Source: Camelus dromedarius (Eukaryota). From it: a stretch of DNA of 64,000 nucleotides. The notes under the pieces are model-generated. The model did no database searches, was not told the origin of the DNA, and saw nothing but the letters and a program-made list of their open reading frames with translations. The translations under genes were made by a program, and so were the position numbers. Of this stretch, positions 49,701 to 63,263 are shown in pieces (the first letter of the stretch is position 1; each line of letters begins with the position of its first letter). Location of the stretch: the NCBI RefSeq assembly GCF_036321535.1, contig NC_087437.1:27530001-27594000 (forward strand), read 5' to 3'.

Positions 49701-50819
49701 CTTGGCTTTGTGAGCGTGAGGGCTGGTGGTCTCCCTTCGTGGGAACATGGCATGCGCTTTTCCTCAGGTGGGGTAGGAATAGGAACGGATCTAGATAAAA
49801 TCTAGTGAGGCAGAGTGTTGTTTCCGTGACATACTTAGTGTAAGCTGCTCCTTGTTGCCATCCATCCATAAAATAGTTCGCGGAGAAACTTCACTGTGTC
49901 GTTTCCTTATTAGGCTAAGATGGGCTCCCATCTTTTGAGGGCTTAAGAGTCTAGGTTTAGGGTTTGTTTTGTTTTATTTTGTTTAACTCATGTGGCTTCT
50001 TAAGTATTTAAAAATTCTCATACTAGTTGAACTAAACTAGGAAACAGGATGTAACTGCCAATGTGCTAAAGTTAGAATTTATTAAGGAAAATTCGTTACA
50101 GAACTGTCTAATCAGCAGACCCATACTCAGGGAAAAAAATCTTGCTACAACACCGAAAGATTAGGCTGTAAAAGTATATTTTGTATTTTAAGTTAAGATA
50201 ATGCATTCAAAGGAAATTTTTGTCCCTTTCTAAAAGTGATTCCTACTTAGTCTGGTGTTTTGGTTAACCAGAGACCCACCTCTGTTGCCCTGACAACAAG
50301 GACTACTGTATTCAAACTCTTCATAGACTCAGTGATAACAGGGGCTGCCAATCTTACATTTTAGGTTCTGTTTTCATCTCAAAACATATCCTTTTCCTTC
50401 CTTTTTTCACTTCTATAAAGGTGGTGCTTGCAGAGATATTTATAGTAGAGAAAGAGGCAGTGAGATCCTTGTGCAGAAACACAGTTGGGCAGTTTTAGAG
50501 AAAAACTGGAATGAGAGAATATTAAACACTATGGGCTAGCTCCTAGGATACTTCACTGCGTTTAGTATTGCTTTTCATATTCTATTTTTATCACAGTGCA
50601 TGCAGGGCTGTTAGCTACCTAACAGGGTTAGGTCTGGGATTTGGATCAAGTCAGTAAATGCTGGTTGACTTCTGATGAGATTAGAGTTCCCTCCAAATCT
50701 TTATAAATAAACTAAAAATGTTATCTAATAAGTAAAAATAGGCCCAAAGGTTGTTGTCATACTGAATAAATATCATTTCCTAGAGGAGAAAGATTGAAGA
50801 TGTAAAGGTTTGTCTTTGT

Positions 50820-50935
50820 GCCTATTAAAATGTAAACTCCACGAGGTGAGGGACTCTTGGAAGCAGAGTATCTCTAGTGTCTAGAATCGTGGCTGCCTCA
50901 TGGTAAGGAATCAGTGTTTGTTGAATGAATGACTA
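50820..50935 (+). mobile_element. LINE-2 3' terminus
   Basis: ATGTAAACTCCACGAGG...TGTTTGTTGAATGAATGA. Confidence 0.75.
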
Positions 50936-51838
50936 ACTGAGATAGCTCTAAAATGAGAAGGAGATTTCGTTTATCCTCTGTAACAGGATGGAAACATTCC
51001 TTAGATGAAGCCTCCTGTGAACTGACCAACTTTTGACTTTAGGGCTGGACTCACTGGGAGGATCCTATAAGCAGCCAGTGGGCCTTGCCTTCCAACCATG
51101 GTAACAGAAAAGTTGACACATTTCAAGTCTGCTCGGTGTAAATTGTTCATAGTCCAGTGATGTGATGAAAATAAGTGTGTGATCTGAGAAAACTGAGAAT
51201 CAGATTCTTTTTCCTAGTGATCACACCAAAGTGCACAATATCCTTTGGGCCAAAGCTGATCTTTCTCTTTTTCCTTTGAGACCTTAATTTCAATAGCAGA
51301 TGTTACATAATTGAGTAGAAGCCACCGACCCCTCTCTGACTTTTATCTGAAAGATGAAGGGTCAGAACACGATATCTAAGGCCTCTAATGCTTTTCAGAA
51401 ACAACAGATGGAAGACTTCAGTGGAGAATAAAAAGCCAGCAATTTAATTTAGGCTGAGTGAAGACAGTGATTTCAAAGGGATGGAAAATAGATCAAATCC
51501 AAAAGCAGATGACCGGTATTTCACTTTGTCTTTAGAAGAACAGGTGGATCGAGAAGATTTGTGGCAAATCTGGTTTTTCTGTGAATTAATATAGCTAGGT
51601 AATTACTGCAAAAATAAGACTAGTAGATTCCCTACTAGGTTTGTACTTTTCCAGGGTGGTATTAGGAAAAGAAAACTCCCTGTAGAGGAACCAGAAGTTT
51701 TAGTAAAAAGGATTTGAAAGACTTGGTGGAGGAGACTTGATCCCACATGCTGGGGAATTAAACTAGATTTTATATAGTTTTTTGGTGGTTGGGTTTTTTG
51801 TTTGTTTGTTTTTTATTTTTGATAGATAGGATTCCTCT

Positions 51839-51958
51839 GGGAGGGTATAGTTCAAGTGGTAGAGCGCATGCTTAGCATTCACAAGGTTCTGGGTTCAATT
51901 CCCAGTACCTCCTCTGAACAGAAATGAATGAATAAACCCAGTTACCTCCCCCTTAAAA
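51839..51958 (+). mobile_element. Vic-1-type camelid tRNA-derived SINE
   Basis: Same head as the 10625 copy; degenerate 15-bp TSD AGATAGGATTCCTCT / AGATAGGGTACCTCT. Confidence 0.92.
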
Positions 51959-52155
51959 AGATAGGGTACCTCTCTCGAAATGGGTTTCTGTAGCCATGCT
52001 CCCTAGACTTTTACGAGGCAACACATTTTTAGCATTCAGGGCAGCTATGGGTTTAGTACCAGAATGTAACTGCAGAAATGAAGCTAATTTGAATCCCAAG
52101 CGGTAAATAGAATCCAACCAATGAAACCCCTTTGTAGCATCCAATCTGAAGTGTA

Positions 52156-52283
52156 AGAGTGGCCATACAACTTATTGTCCAAACCAGGATACTTCTGAAG
52201 TAGAAAGAGGGTGCCATTTACAATTACGCCAGAAAGCAGGTGAAAACTTAGAGCTGTCCCAGGACTTAGTGACACTTTACCCA
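52156..52283 (+). mobile_element. MER94-like MITE
   Basis: TTATTGTCCAAACCAGGATAC...AATTACGCCAG; similar to the 38857 copy. Confidence 0.7.
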
Positions 52284-52289
52284 GTGGAA

Positions 52290-52465
52290 TTGAAAATTGA
52301 ACATGCAACAGAATTATCTAGAAGGCTATTAAAACACAGATTGCTGGGCTGTACCCCCAAAGTTTTATGTTCACTAGGTCTGGAATCAAAAATTTGCACA
52401 TCCAACAAGTTCACTGGCAGTGTTGATGCCGCTTGTCTGGGGACTACACTTTGAGAACTACTGCT
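52290..52465 (-). mobile_element. MER5A
   Basis: Ends GGGACTACACTTTGAGAACTACTG. Confidence 0.8.
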
Positions 52466-53387
52466 CTACCTGGACAGGATAGGCACCTTGAGCCAATGAT
52501 CTAATTTTCAGTTGAAAGACACTCCGTAGTGTTCAGCCCTCCACCTCTAGACAGCCTTCTGCAAGTGAAGATGACTGTGAGGAAGATGGCAGGAAAAGCT
52601 CACATTGGCTTCAGCCTGTGTCTCTGTGGGCTGGTCTGTTCTTGGTATTTCAGAGATAGTTCACCTGATACCAAACTAACTTCAAGGAAATGCTGAAACC
52701 AAATGGAATAAGCATGACTGCTGGTTTCTTACCATAGAGACTTGGGCTTAGGGAAGGCTCAACGCCTAAATTTACTCTGTAGACACTGCATAGAAGGAAC
52801 ATTGTCATGGACAACAGTATTTCTGTACTCTTTCCTTTTGCATCCGAGAAAGCAGTATAGGGTCACCAGCCTCTCTCCTGGACCCATCTGAGAAAATTCA
52901 GCCAGGGTTCCAGCTCTTGGTGCATCTGCTCGAACTAGCATGGTCTGATCCAGAAACACGTCCTCATGTGTGCCACCGGTGCTGGCCGCCAGCCAGTACA
53001 GGAAGGTTACAGCCTTCCTCACATTGGACTAAGTGAGCTTCCTCGAATTGGGTCATCCAGGACATCCACCTTACTGCAGAAACAGTGCTAACTCCTTGTA
53101 CTTCAACAAACAACCCCCCCCCCCAAGCCCCCAGTATTCCTGTCTTCAGCAGCTGGCTTCAGACGTGTTTTGCATCTAATGGGAAATATCTTGACTCTCT
53201 TCCTTCTTCCCTCCCCTTCCTTCTTTCTAAATCAAGAATAATGTAATGCTTCCCTATGTAGGGATAATATGGTGCTTTAAGCATTTATTCATTATTTTGC
53301 CTTCTCATTAATGGGCTTAGGTTGAGTGAGGAACATGTAGACAGTTTGATTAGTAAGGCAGATGTGAATGTGGGGTTCACTGTACAT

Positions 53388-53578
53388 CAGTGGTTCTCAA
53401 AGTGTGGACCCCCAGATCAGCAGTGCCAGCATCTCCTGGGAAGTTGTTAGAAGTGCAGATTCTTAAGCCCTGGCTCCAGCTGACCGAATCGGAACCTTGG
53501 GGGAACACAGCCCTGGGGTATGTGTTTCAACAAGTGCCCCAGGTGATACTCATACGTAGCAAAGTTTGAGAGGCATTG
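53388..53578 (+). mobile_element. MER5A, full length
   Basis: CAGTGGTTCTCAAAGTGTGG...AAAGTTTGAGAGGCATTG. Confidence 0.85.
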
Positions 53579-55608
53579 TTGTAAATGGTTTTGTATTGTG
53601 TCTTATCTGTGTGCTTTGGTCTACAAAGGTATTGAAATGTCTAAATTATGTCTTCTAATGGCCTGATATGTAGGTATGTACACATCTACTTTGATTAAAT
53701 GAGTCTTTATAATAATAGTGAAAGCAGTGATGATGTGAGCTAACATTTACTGAACATTTTCTATGCTGCTGTGTTAAAGACTTTACAAATAATACCTGAT
53801 CGAATCCTACAAGAGTCTTGCGCTAGTGTCATCACGGTTTTGTAGATAGGGGAGTGGGACTCCGGAGCCTGGTGGTCTGGCTTCTCAGAGGGTGGTTTCT
53901 CAGTCTTTGCTGCCTGGTGTACCCATTAGCTGTTTTAATGTGTGGTCCTGGCCCCTATCCCATTCACTGAGAGACTTTCTTTTTCTATTCCTGTCTCCAT
54001 CTCCCTGTTGTGTCCGATTTAAACATGTCAGGGATAACTATAATTTTATGTTTTTAGTATAATTTTTCTCCCTAGTATATGTGCATGTTACTAGATTGAG
54101 CAATCTTCTCACCAGGGAATTAAAAATACTGCCCTACAAATGCATGATTGAGGATGAAAGTAGTTGAAGAGAATTGAAGGACATGCTGATTGGCGGTTGG
54201 TGGGGCAGGGTGGAGGGCAGGGAGGGTGATTGCAGTGGTCAGCCTGGGCTGATTGAAACCCTGTGGGCTGCTGGCTCCTGCCCTGGATGGAGTGCAGGTC
54301 CCCGCCTAGAGGCCAGGGGCTCAGGCGTACTGTGAGAGGAGCTGGATGACCTTGTCAGGGTGGTTGCACCCTGTCTACCTGCTTCCTTAAGTATGAAATG
54401 GGCACTGTCGCGTGTCAGCAAACAGTGGTTCTCTCCCCACACCCTGCCCTTTCCTTTCCCGGGTCTTCATGCTTTGAGTATCTTGCTGTCCCCTACATTT
54501 CTTCCTTAACTGAGTTCTTACAGACATGACAATTTATATAGTCGATGTGTACATTACCAGTGTGTAATTGTATATATGTGTGCATACTTTTATGAGTATA
54601 TTTATAGATTTTACTGAAGTCTTAAATTGGTTATGTTCACAAACTGTAAAATGTTATTTTGATATTTATAATGAGTACTTTTTTTTTAAACTTATTAATG
54701 ATATCAAGGTGTTTTGTTTTTTTTTAACACCAAAGCTGTTTAGTTTGTATACTTTGAGAAGATGACTATGCAAGATGTAGTGGTATTTTTTGTTTTACCA
54801 GTGTGATTTTTTGATTCATTTTCTCCATGGAATTAGTTGTCCTTTCTTGAAAAAAAAAACTTCTGGACTAGATGGACTGCATGAGATTAGTTGAATATGC
54901 TGACAGAGTGGACCTGTGCTCATTCCCCTGAGTGTAATTTAAATTCATAATTTTAAAGTATTTTAAATAATTTAGCTGGTTAGTCCTAGACCATAAGTAG
55001 CATTTGAACTCAAATTTTTGCTGTGCATAGGAAAAATGTTTTCACAGTTTATGATTCTCTTTAAAGGCAAATAACATGTCTTACTAGCTATTAATTGGGT
55101 TAACTTATCCCAATAACAGGAAAGGGAATAGCTTTTACCCATACACGTGTATGAAGAAATAGATGCGAACTGTATGTCTCTGCAAGCATGACACTGCAGA
55201 CAAAAACATACTCATACTGAGTTAGAGATACTATGGTCACAATTGATTTTGCAGTTTTTAGAGGCATTTTTGATATGTACATACAAGCCTTTGTAATGTC
55301 TGTCATGGGTGGATGAATACCTTTTAAGCATTTTCTTTGATATCTCCTCATCACAGATATATTTTGACAGCCACAATCAGAAATCCTTAATAATCACGAA
55401 TGATAAAATTTCAGATTTGGATCCCAAACCCAGCATGAGCAAATACATTGCCATGTCAACAAGTTATAGTTCTCAAACCCAAAGTAACCTACTGGGAACG
55501 AGGACAGTGCGGTGTTACTGTTGCTTCCTAGCCCAGGAGTCTCCTTTTCCATTCTCATGCCCCCTTCATACATGCTCAAGTTCTTTCAAGGAAAAGCTCT
55601 TCCCTTAC

Positions 55609-55790
55609 CTGTTCGTAGCCTTCTGTCTGTGAGTCAAACAGCGCGCATTTCAGGATACGTCTCAGTGGACGCTCCACATTAAGACTGTCACACGGAGTTC
55701 TTGCACCTCTTTAAGAACAGATGAAAATCAGGAACTTGACCGAAACCACAAGATAGGTCGGCTGTCACTGCCGAACTGATCAGTTAGAAC
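55609..55790 (-). other. P2RY14: P2RY14 non-coding exon 1 (5' end approximate)
   Basis: Strong donor CAG|gtaagg at 55609/55608. 55610-55690 resembles the recalled human P2RY14 first exon, and the distance fits the known long intron 1. Confidence 0.7.
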
Positions 55791-56120
55791 TTACTTAAGG
55801 TTGGGAAATGGAAGCAAGGAGGAAGAGATGTTTGGATCTGCGTGGGTGTCCGGCTGGCCTCTGTGCTAGTTTCTTTCCTTCAGTGATCCACAAAACAGCC
55901 TGGTGGATTTTTGTTTTTTTCCTTCTTGAAATTTTCTCCTCTCCACTCCCCTCATCGCCACATCATCTGGCAAATGAACAGCCAGGCAACAACCTAAATA
56001 ATTTTCCTTTGTAAACTTTGCCATTGCCAAATTCAACATGTGGTGAGAGGTGAGAGCTGGGGGTGGTCACTGTGGTAGGGAGAACAGGGCTCCAGCTGAA
56101 ACACCCTCCTGAGAGGAAAC
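55740..56120 (-). promoter_or_regulatory. Putative P2RY14 promoter region
   Basis: Lies at and upstream of exon 1. Contains RUNX AACCACA (55744-55750), GATA AGATAG (55751-55756), and ETS/PU.1-like GGAA cores and GAGGAA (55803-55824, ~56113). Confidence 0.5.
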
Positions 56121-56123
56121 AGT

Positions 56124-56690
56124 TGTGGGAAAGGAAAAAGAAAAAAACCTCTCTACCCTTCTAGGCTCCTCCGGCTGGTCTAAGAATTAAACTGACATGA
56201 GACAGATTAACAGGAGAAAAACAAAAATTTAATAACATGTATATACATGGGAGAGACCCAGGAAAGCTTACTAACTCATGAACGTGGAAAAAACCACCAC
56301 CTTAAATACCATCCTTGGCTAAACACAAGTGAGGATGTCAGGGCCAGAGGTTTGGGACTTCAGAAGAAAGGAAGGCAATTTACAGGAAGCTGAAAAAGAG
56401 CAAATGTTTGGTAAACAAATATTTGCTGGGCCATAGAAATGTTGGGGCACAGAGAGTCATTTTAACACACGTTGCTAGGTTCCACCCTGTCTTCAGCGCC
56501 TAGTTCGTATCCCACAGTTAAACTGTGGGGCTAGCTGCCTTCCTGGAGCAGGTTCTCTCTAAATTCTTTAAGGCTAATAGGGGGATGGTCAAAGGTTCCT
56601 GAGTCTTTTGGGCCTTGATTGTTGCCAGATCAAAATAATTAGCATGTCAAAGAGGTACATTTTGGGGTGGCACATTTTGCTCCCCTGACA
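56124..56690 (-). mobile_element. ERV1-class solo LTR (MER34-like)
   Basis: TG...CA termini. Minus strand begins TGTCAGGGGAGCAAAATGTGCCACCCCAAAATGTACCTCTTTG, with TATA-like TATTTAA (56308-56302) and ATTAAA (56233-56228). TSD not clean. Confidence 0.8.
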
Positions 56691-58499
56691 TTGTCAACAA
56701 CGAGCCAGTGTAACAAGTGTTCACAAACAGGTGGTAATTGGGGCTGCCTGGAAATGTGGAATTGGCACTTGAGCAGGGAAGCATTTGGACATCAGGTAAG
56801 AGGTGCTGCTCTTGTCATTTTTTCCACATTAACTTTTCCATATTTGAGCATTACTGACAAACAGATCACGAGTAGGACTTCAGATAAACTCTTCACACGT
56901 TCATCTTCTGCCGAGTGTGTGCTGCTAATGTTTCTGTTTTGAAAGTGCAAGGCAGGACCCCTTCATATTTTTAGTCCCTTTCAGGTTCTGTAATATAATT
57001 TGTAATGTCCTGTGCTCCAGCATCTTCTCCGTTGAGTAATAGTGTGCAATTAGGGATGGAAGTACCCAGTCCTGGCTGCAAATCCCTCATCGAAGTGTGT
57101 GACTCAGAACCAGATAAGAAGGAAAACTATGCCCCGAAAGGCTTTTTATTAAGCTGCTGCACTGCAGCTGTGTTCACTTGGGTGGGTTCCAGGGCCACAT
57201 TATGAGCTTACAGTTTAACATGTAACGTTCAGTTTGGCCTAAGAGGAGAACACACGTTTGCAGTTAGGATAGTCAGTAGTACTTACTTACGTGCTTACAG
57301 TATGCCAGGGATTGTTCTACATGCTTTATATGCACCTACTCTGTAGTAAGCAGTGTCCCAGGCACTGGTGATGAAGTAGTGACTAGCCGGGGGGTAAACA
57401 TGTAGACATAGATAGAAGGACGACCCTCAGAGCCTGGTTGCTACCAGGGCACGCTGCTGAGTCCTTCGGATGTAAATGCTGTACTGATTAAATGGATGAC
57501 TTGGCGTTAACAGTCCCTAACTGCAGCTCTCAAGACTTCCCTGATTTATTGCAGGAGGCTTTGCTTATTCTGACTGTCTCAGGAACACCCATTAATAGTC
57601 CCTGTGCTCTCGTGCTTCTTGCCTTCTCTGTGGGGTGCTCCACGTATGTATGGAGCCTGACTAGGGTGGAAATTATCATTAAATTAAACCCACTGGAGCT
57701 GCTTGCTTTCCTCTTGGTACCAGGAGTTGCAAAGTCCCAGACCAGAGGGATAGCCCTACAGGTGGTCACCTGCTGGCAGGTTGTCCAGATAAGCGAGGTG
57801 GACCTGGTGTAGAACCCTCGGGGATGAGGAATTGTGGAGAGGTGGGGAGCTCATGGCCTTCCCCCCACCGGGGGGTTGGCTGCCACCCCAGGTAGAGCTT
57901 GTCAGGGCCCAGTGTGGCCTCATCTGTGGTTGGGTAGCGTTGTCAGAACCTTGGGTGCTGATTGTATGCGCCATTGTAAACACTTCCTGTGTTTATGTGT
58001 TTGAGCTCACTGAGTTCTCCTGCAGCTCCTTGGAGCTGGCTGGGGTCTTCTCCTGTCCTCTCCCCCACCTCTTTCTTCATAGGTGGGGAAGCTGAGGCCC
58101 AGAGATGTCGAGTTCATTTGTGCAGCTCCTGAAGTTGGAACGTGGACCCTGGCAGAGCAGCTCCTGGAGGCTGTGCTCTGAACTGCACTTGGCTCTCCTG
58201 GGTTCGCATGTCATTATCTAAATCAGACTTTTCAAATCTGTGTAGGCTGAACGCCTTGTGGGCCAGAATGGAACATGACTGCAACTGTGTGGGCTTGTGG
58301 GGAGCCGGTTTGTGGCCTCTGTTACAGCTGGTTGTGTTGGCAGGCAGCTGGGCAGGGATGGCCGGGAGGGCACAGCTGGGGGTTTACAAAGGAACACTCT
58401 TCTACAAGGACTGGCTCAGAACCAGAGGTGCATCGTCTCTCACATGTGACTAAGGAGCACTTTCCTTAGAGTGCGATCCGTTTACAGCCAGTCTACAAT

Positions 58500-58640
58500 A
58501 AGAGCCATTTGAGGGGCAAATTTTTCTATTACGGATGAGAAAATAGAGCTTCAGAGAATTTGACTAAGTGGGTCAAGGTTCGAGGTGTCAGGACTGGACT
58601 TTGGAGCCGGAGTTTAGATTCAGAGCTTAGGATTCCTTCC
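58500..58640 (-). mobile_element. MIR SINE
   Basis: TTACGGATGAGAAAATAGAGCTTCAGAGA core. Confidence 0.6.
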
Positions 58641-61600
58641 CCAGTTTAGCAGCTGTTTCTTAACCAGATGAGCAGTGAGTGCTGGTTCGGTAACTCATCA
58701 GGCATCTGAGAGTCGGGTCCACTTGGATGGTCCTTGTTGGGAACACAGGAAAAGTGTTATTTTCTCATCATGACATGCTGGTTGTGTACACACATAAAAT
58801 TTCAGGCTGACGTGAGCACTGTCAAGAGAGTGATGGCAGGCAAGTAAGTGGTGCAGGTGATGATTATGGACGCCAGGACAAGAGGTGGAGTTAGTGGTTA
58901 AGGCTGTACTTGCCTTGGAATTGGGGGAGACGAACACGTACGTATCCAAGAAGAACTTGGTGAATTTTGTTTTGTTTTGTGTTCTCAAGATTGCACTCAA
59001 GGCAGATTGTCTGCCTTAGGAGAGCTTTTGACTGGAGGCCCTCACTGACAGTGGCGCCAGGGCAAGTCCTTTGGTTTCTCTCTCCATGTTTGGGAGACTT
59101 AAGAAAAACCTGGAGCTGCTGACTCTTCCTCCCTGGGCCTCTGGGTGGTCCTCCTTGCCCTCTGCTCACCTGGGGACCCTGAGGCAGCTCTGACTCTTTA
59201 AAGGTCATTATTTGTATACCTGACTGGCCATCAGCACCTCCTGGGGAGCTTTAATAATGCAGAGTCCAAGACCCTACTTCAAATGAATCAATTAGAATCC
59301 TTGTTTTTTTGACTCAGGATTCTATATTTTCAAAAGTAGCTGGGTGAGTCAGAAATGTGGCCAGATGTGGGGCCTCTGAACTTGGAACACTTGGAGGAAC
59401 TTTTATCTTCCAGGCGGATGCCCTGGATGTTTGGTCTAGCTCACACCGGCTGCCTGAGCCCTTACGAGTTCCTGCCATAGCTTTGGACACCTGTGCAGAC
59501 CTGTGCGCTGGAAGCAGAAATTGTGATGACCAGAGTCCTGGTAGGGTGGTGTTAATGAAACGACAGATTCATAGAGAGAACAAGAGGTAGAGAGTAAGAC
59601 TAGATTGCCCACAGATTAAGTGAAACCCAAGGAGGAAGGAAGAGTATCAAAGGGGCTTATGCAACAAAAACAATGATGTCTGACTTCTCCTGGGGCCTTG
59701 AGTTTTATATTTCAGTCTGTCTTCTCTCATCAGTTTTTTTCCCCATTGAATGTCAATGGACTATATAAATCTTTTCTTACACTGTCTGCTGTTACTCCCT
59801 CTTCTTAGCAGGAATGTCTTCAGAGAGGTGTCTTCCTTTATTTATGCACCTCACCTTGTCACCCAGGTTTTGAAAACTGGCCCCAGGTGTCCCAGACTGT
59901 GGAGCTTATGGGAACGTGGGCATACTTATGGAAAGCTCAGACATAATTTAACACAGGATGTAAAGTTAAGATTTATCCTGGGCACCTTGTGGATATACTT
60001 AAATGTGCAGATTAGCTTGTACATACTTTTCTCTGTTAGAATTGGGAATAAGAATCTTGCTAATGTTTGCAAAAATATTTTATCCTGACAAACACTATTG
60101 ATCATATCTTTATGTATTTTTTTAACTAGGTATTTTGTTATGATGATTAGTTTGGCTTTATGCAGCACCAAACACCAATTTCAATACAAAATAAATAATA
60201 AAATAATAATGATGACGGTAATAATGATAACAGCAATAATAAAAATATGTAGAGGGCATGTTCTTTGCTTTCAGGGTTTTTAATTATCAAAAAAAGAAAA
60301 CCGTAATCAATGTTTTGTTTTCCTCTTGTCTGTGATGCTTTAATTTATGCTAAATAGTTCTATGTTCCCTCAACTTCTTCCCATTTTGTTTCGTGGAACC
60401 CTAGGATTAAAATACTGTAAAACTTCATCCTGATAAATCTCAGGATCCTCTACATACCCCTGATCCGACTGCCGCCCACAGCCCACCCCGCAGGCCCACA
60501 GACACACACATATTTCCATTCCCCAGCATTGTCAGTAATAAGACTGGTTATATATAAATGTCCCTTGTGTATTCATACTACAAATAGAGTGAGTTTAACG
60601 CATGGAATCTGCAAATCTGTTATTGTTTCCAGTCAGTTTCCATCCAGCCTGTCAACAACTGCCTTACAAGCTGGATTACTTAACTTCTATAAATGTCTGA
60701 CTTTCTTCCTTACTCTGCAATCTATTTTTTTTTTTAAGTGAAAAAACAAACCTTATGGTTATTGCCTTATTCCTGATTTTCCCATTTGCTTCATTGGACA
60801 GTTAGACACACCAGGGCACTTTGCTTTTTTCCCACTTGCTGTCTTGGGGACTTATTCATGTTAGCTCTATACAATTATACCTTTTTTTCATGGCTTTGTA
60901 GGATCTCATATTGTTTTAGTCAATCCCTATTGATGGACGTTTAGATAGCTATGAACATTTTCAATGAATCTGTTTTAACCATAGGAGCTATTTGCTGGGA
61001 TACATCATTTTTAAAAAGTTAAAAAAAGAAAAAAGGCTTTACTGGCAGGTTATTTAGAATGGGGCTGAGTGTGTGTGTATTAGGTGGGGGGCGTGGTTGC
61101 AGACAGGAATCCACTGAATGTTGAGAATTTATTAAGTATACAGAGGATTTTAGTACAAGGCCCAGTGTAAACAGGAAAGTATAGAGAAATTTAAAGGGAG
61201 TGAGTTTGAAAGTTGCCCTCTAAAAGGATCTGGGAAGGAGCTGGTATCTGAAGTGGTTCTTGCTAGATGGCTCTTTTATTTCTAGAAGGGGGTGAAGGTC
61301 AGTCTGGGATGAAACAAATGGTGGGAGCAAAGGCACCGGTGAAGGAGAGTCGGCAGAGGTGGCTGAGACATAATTAATTGTCATGCTGAGGTGTCAGAAC
61401 TCACTACGCTGTGACGTGCAAGCTTTGTGGTGAAATAATTAAAGATGTGCTTTAAAAGAGTAATCTGGTAGACAAACATGGAATGCAGACATACCTTTTT
61501 GTGTTTTTCAATGTGAAGCATTAAATTCTGCCAAAGTCAGTGCATTGATTTGGGGTAGTGGAAGAGGGTGGCAGGAATTATGTCGTTAAAACATAATTAG

Positions 61601-62760
61601 TTGCTGTGTTATAAAACAAAGCTTTTTTTGGTTTTGATTTTAACCTCTTGAAATGAGTGACAGGCACAGGAATTCATTGGCAACTGTGTGTTTACCTTAA
61701 TCTGAGAATTTTAATTGGAGAAACAAATGTCTGGTACAATGTCTCCACCTTCTGGAAGACTGGCAGAAGTAACAGTTTATAAAATGAATTGATGTGCAGT
61801 ATTTATAGATTTTGTAGCTGGCTCACAAAGCCTCACCTTGGGGTAGGCACTGATGTTGAGTTGAATACCTAGTCTCAGTTGAATTGCTCAACCAGATTTT
61901 CTGTGTTGTTAATATTAGATTAGATTTAACCTAAAAAATCAGAGGGAATGAATTTCAGTTGTTGATATTAGCAGAGTCAAAATTGAGAACTTCAATAGTC
62001 ACAAAAACGAAATCTTCAGTTCATGTGTGTCCTTTTCTGTGTATGGTGTTTTGGAAAGATGCTTATAAAACAGAAGAGGGCATTTTCTTTTATCGCTCCA
62101 AGCCCCCAGATGTATCCTTTCTCATTATCTTTATTTTGCTCTCGTTTGCTCTTAAGACTCACCTCAATTCTCAATATCCCTGAAACTGTCCCTGATATCT
62201 TGGTGGTGTTAGCATCCTTCCCACGGGACCTATGTTTTTGTATGAGTTCTAGCTGGAATGGGCAGTGGCTCTCCTTGTTGGCTGGTTTTGGTGTCCTCAA
62301 TGCCCACTCCTAAAACAGGTTCTCAGCAACATTTGTTGAGTGAATGTATGTTACCAACATAGGGGATAGTCCTTGCCTCTCTCCTGAGTATGTGCTCTGT
62401 CTGGATCTGTACATAAAGACAAGTGAGATGATGGGATTAATCTGAAAGCAAGGACTAGATATTTTTAAATAATATTATCCCATGGGCATCAAATCATCTA
62501 ATCATTTGTATCTGCACATTCTTGGGCTCCTTTGGTAGGTTTTTGGACCCCTGACCTGTGTAACATTCGTCCTAGGACAGGTCACTTAGAGGAGAGCACA
62601 CTGCTTTATAAGGTGGTTTATTTGCTTAGTATTCTAACTGCTTAGCTTTTTAGTGAGTCGTTAGAACAAGTTAGGAACATGAGCCTTAAGAAGTCACTGA
62701 GAGAAGTTTGAGCTGGGATGAGACTTTAGAATGTAGAGAATTAATACTTCATTTCTATTA

Positions 62761-63263
62761 TGTTGATGAAAATAGTCAATCAACAATCTATAATAGGAAT
62801 AGAAAAGAGTTTTTTTTGTACCAAACTAAGGACTATAGCCAGGGAGACAGCCTCTCAGATAACTCTGAGGAACTGCTTGGGATAAGCATGGTTTTCAGCA
62901 CAGTTTTATATCTTGTTAGAAGAAAGTACATCAAACAAGTGAGGGATACATTCCTTTAAGGTTTAAAAAACAAAAACAGACCAGAAGTCCACAGCGAGTA
63001 TAGCCTTGGCACCTGGGAAGGGAGTCTTCTCATCAAAGGAGGACAAACATTGGCATCCCAGGAAGGGAGGCGTTGAACCTTTATATTTAAGATGGTCATT
63101 CTTCTGATCAGTGCATGCTTTTCTTTAGTAATGGATAGTTACAGCAGGTGTGCAGTATGCATTTGATGGGTCACAAACAGGCTGTTCTAGCATAAAATTC
63201 AAGTCAACTCATGTAGAAGACAGAATGGCCTCCTAACCCAATATGTGAACATTTCTTTTATCA
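62761..63263 (-). mobile_element. ERV1-class solo LTR (MER41-like), 503 bp
   Basis: TG...CA termini, 4-bp TSD ATTA/ATTG, and GGACTATAGCCAGGGAGACAGCCTCTCAGATAACTCTGAGGAACTGCT motif. Confidence 0.75.

Noticed and set aside
56511..56529. Hairpin CCCACAGT-TAA-ACTGTGGG
   Set aside because: A single short inverted repeat inside an LTR; expected by chance.
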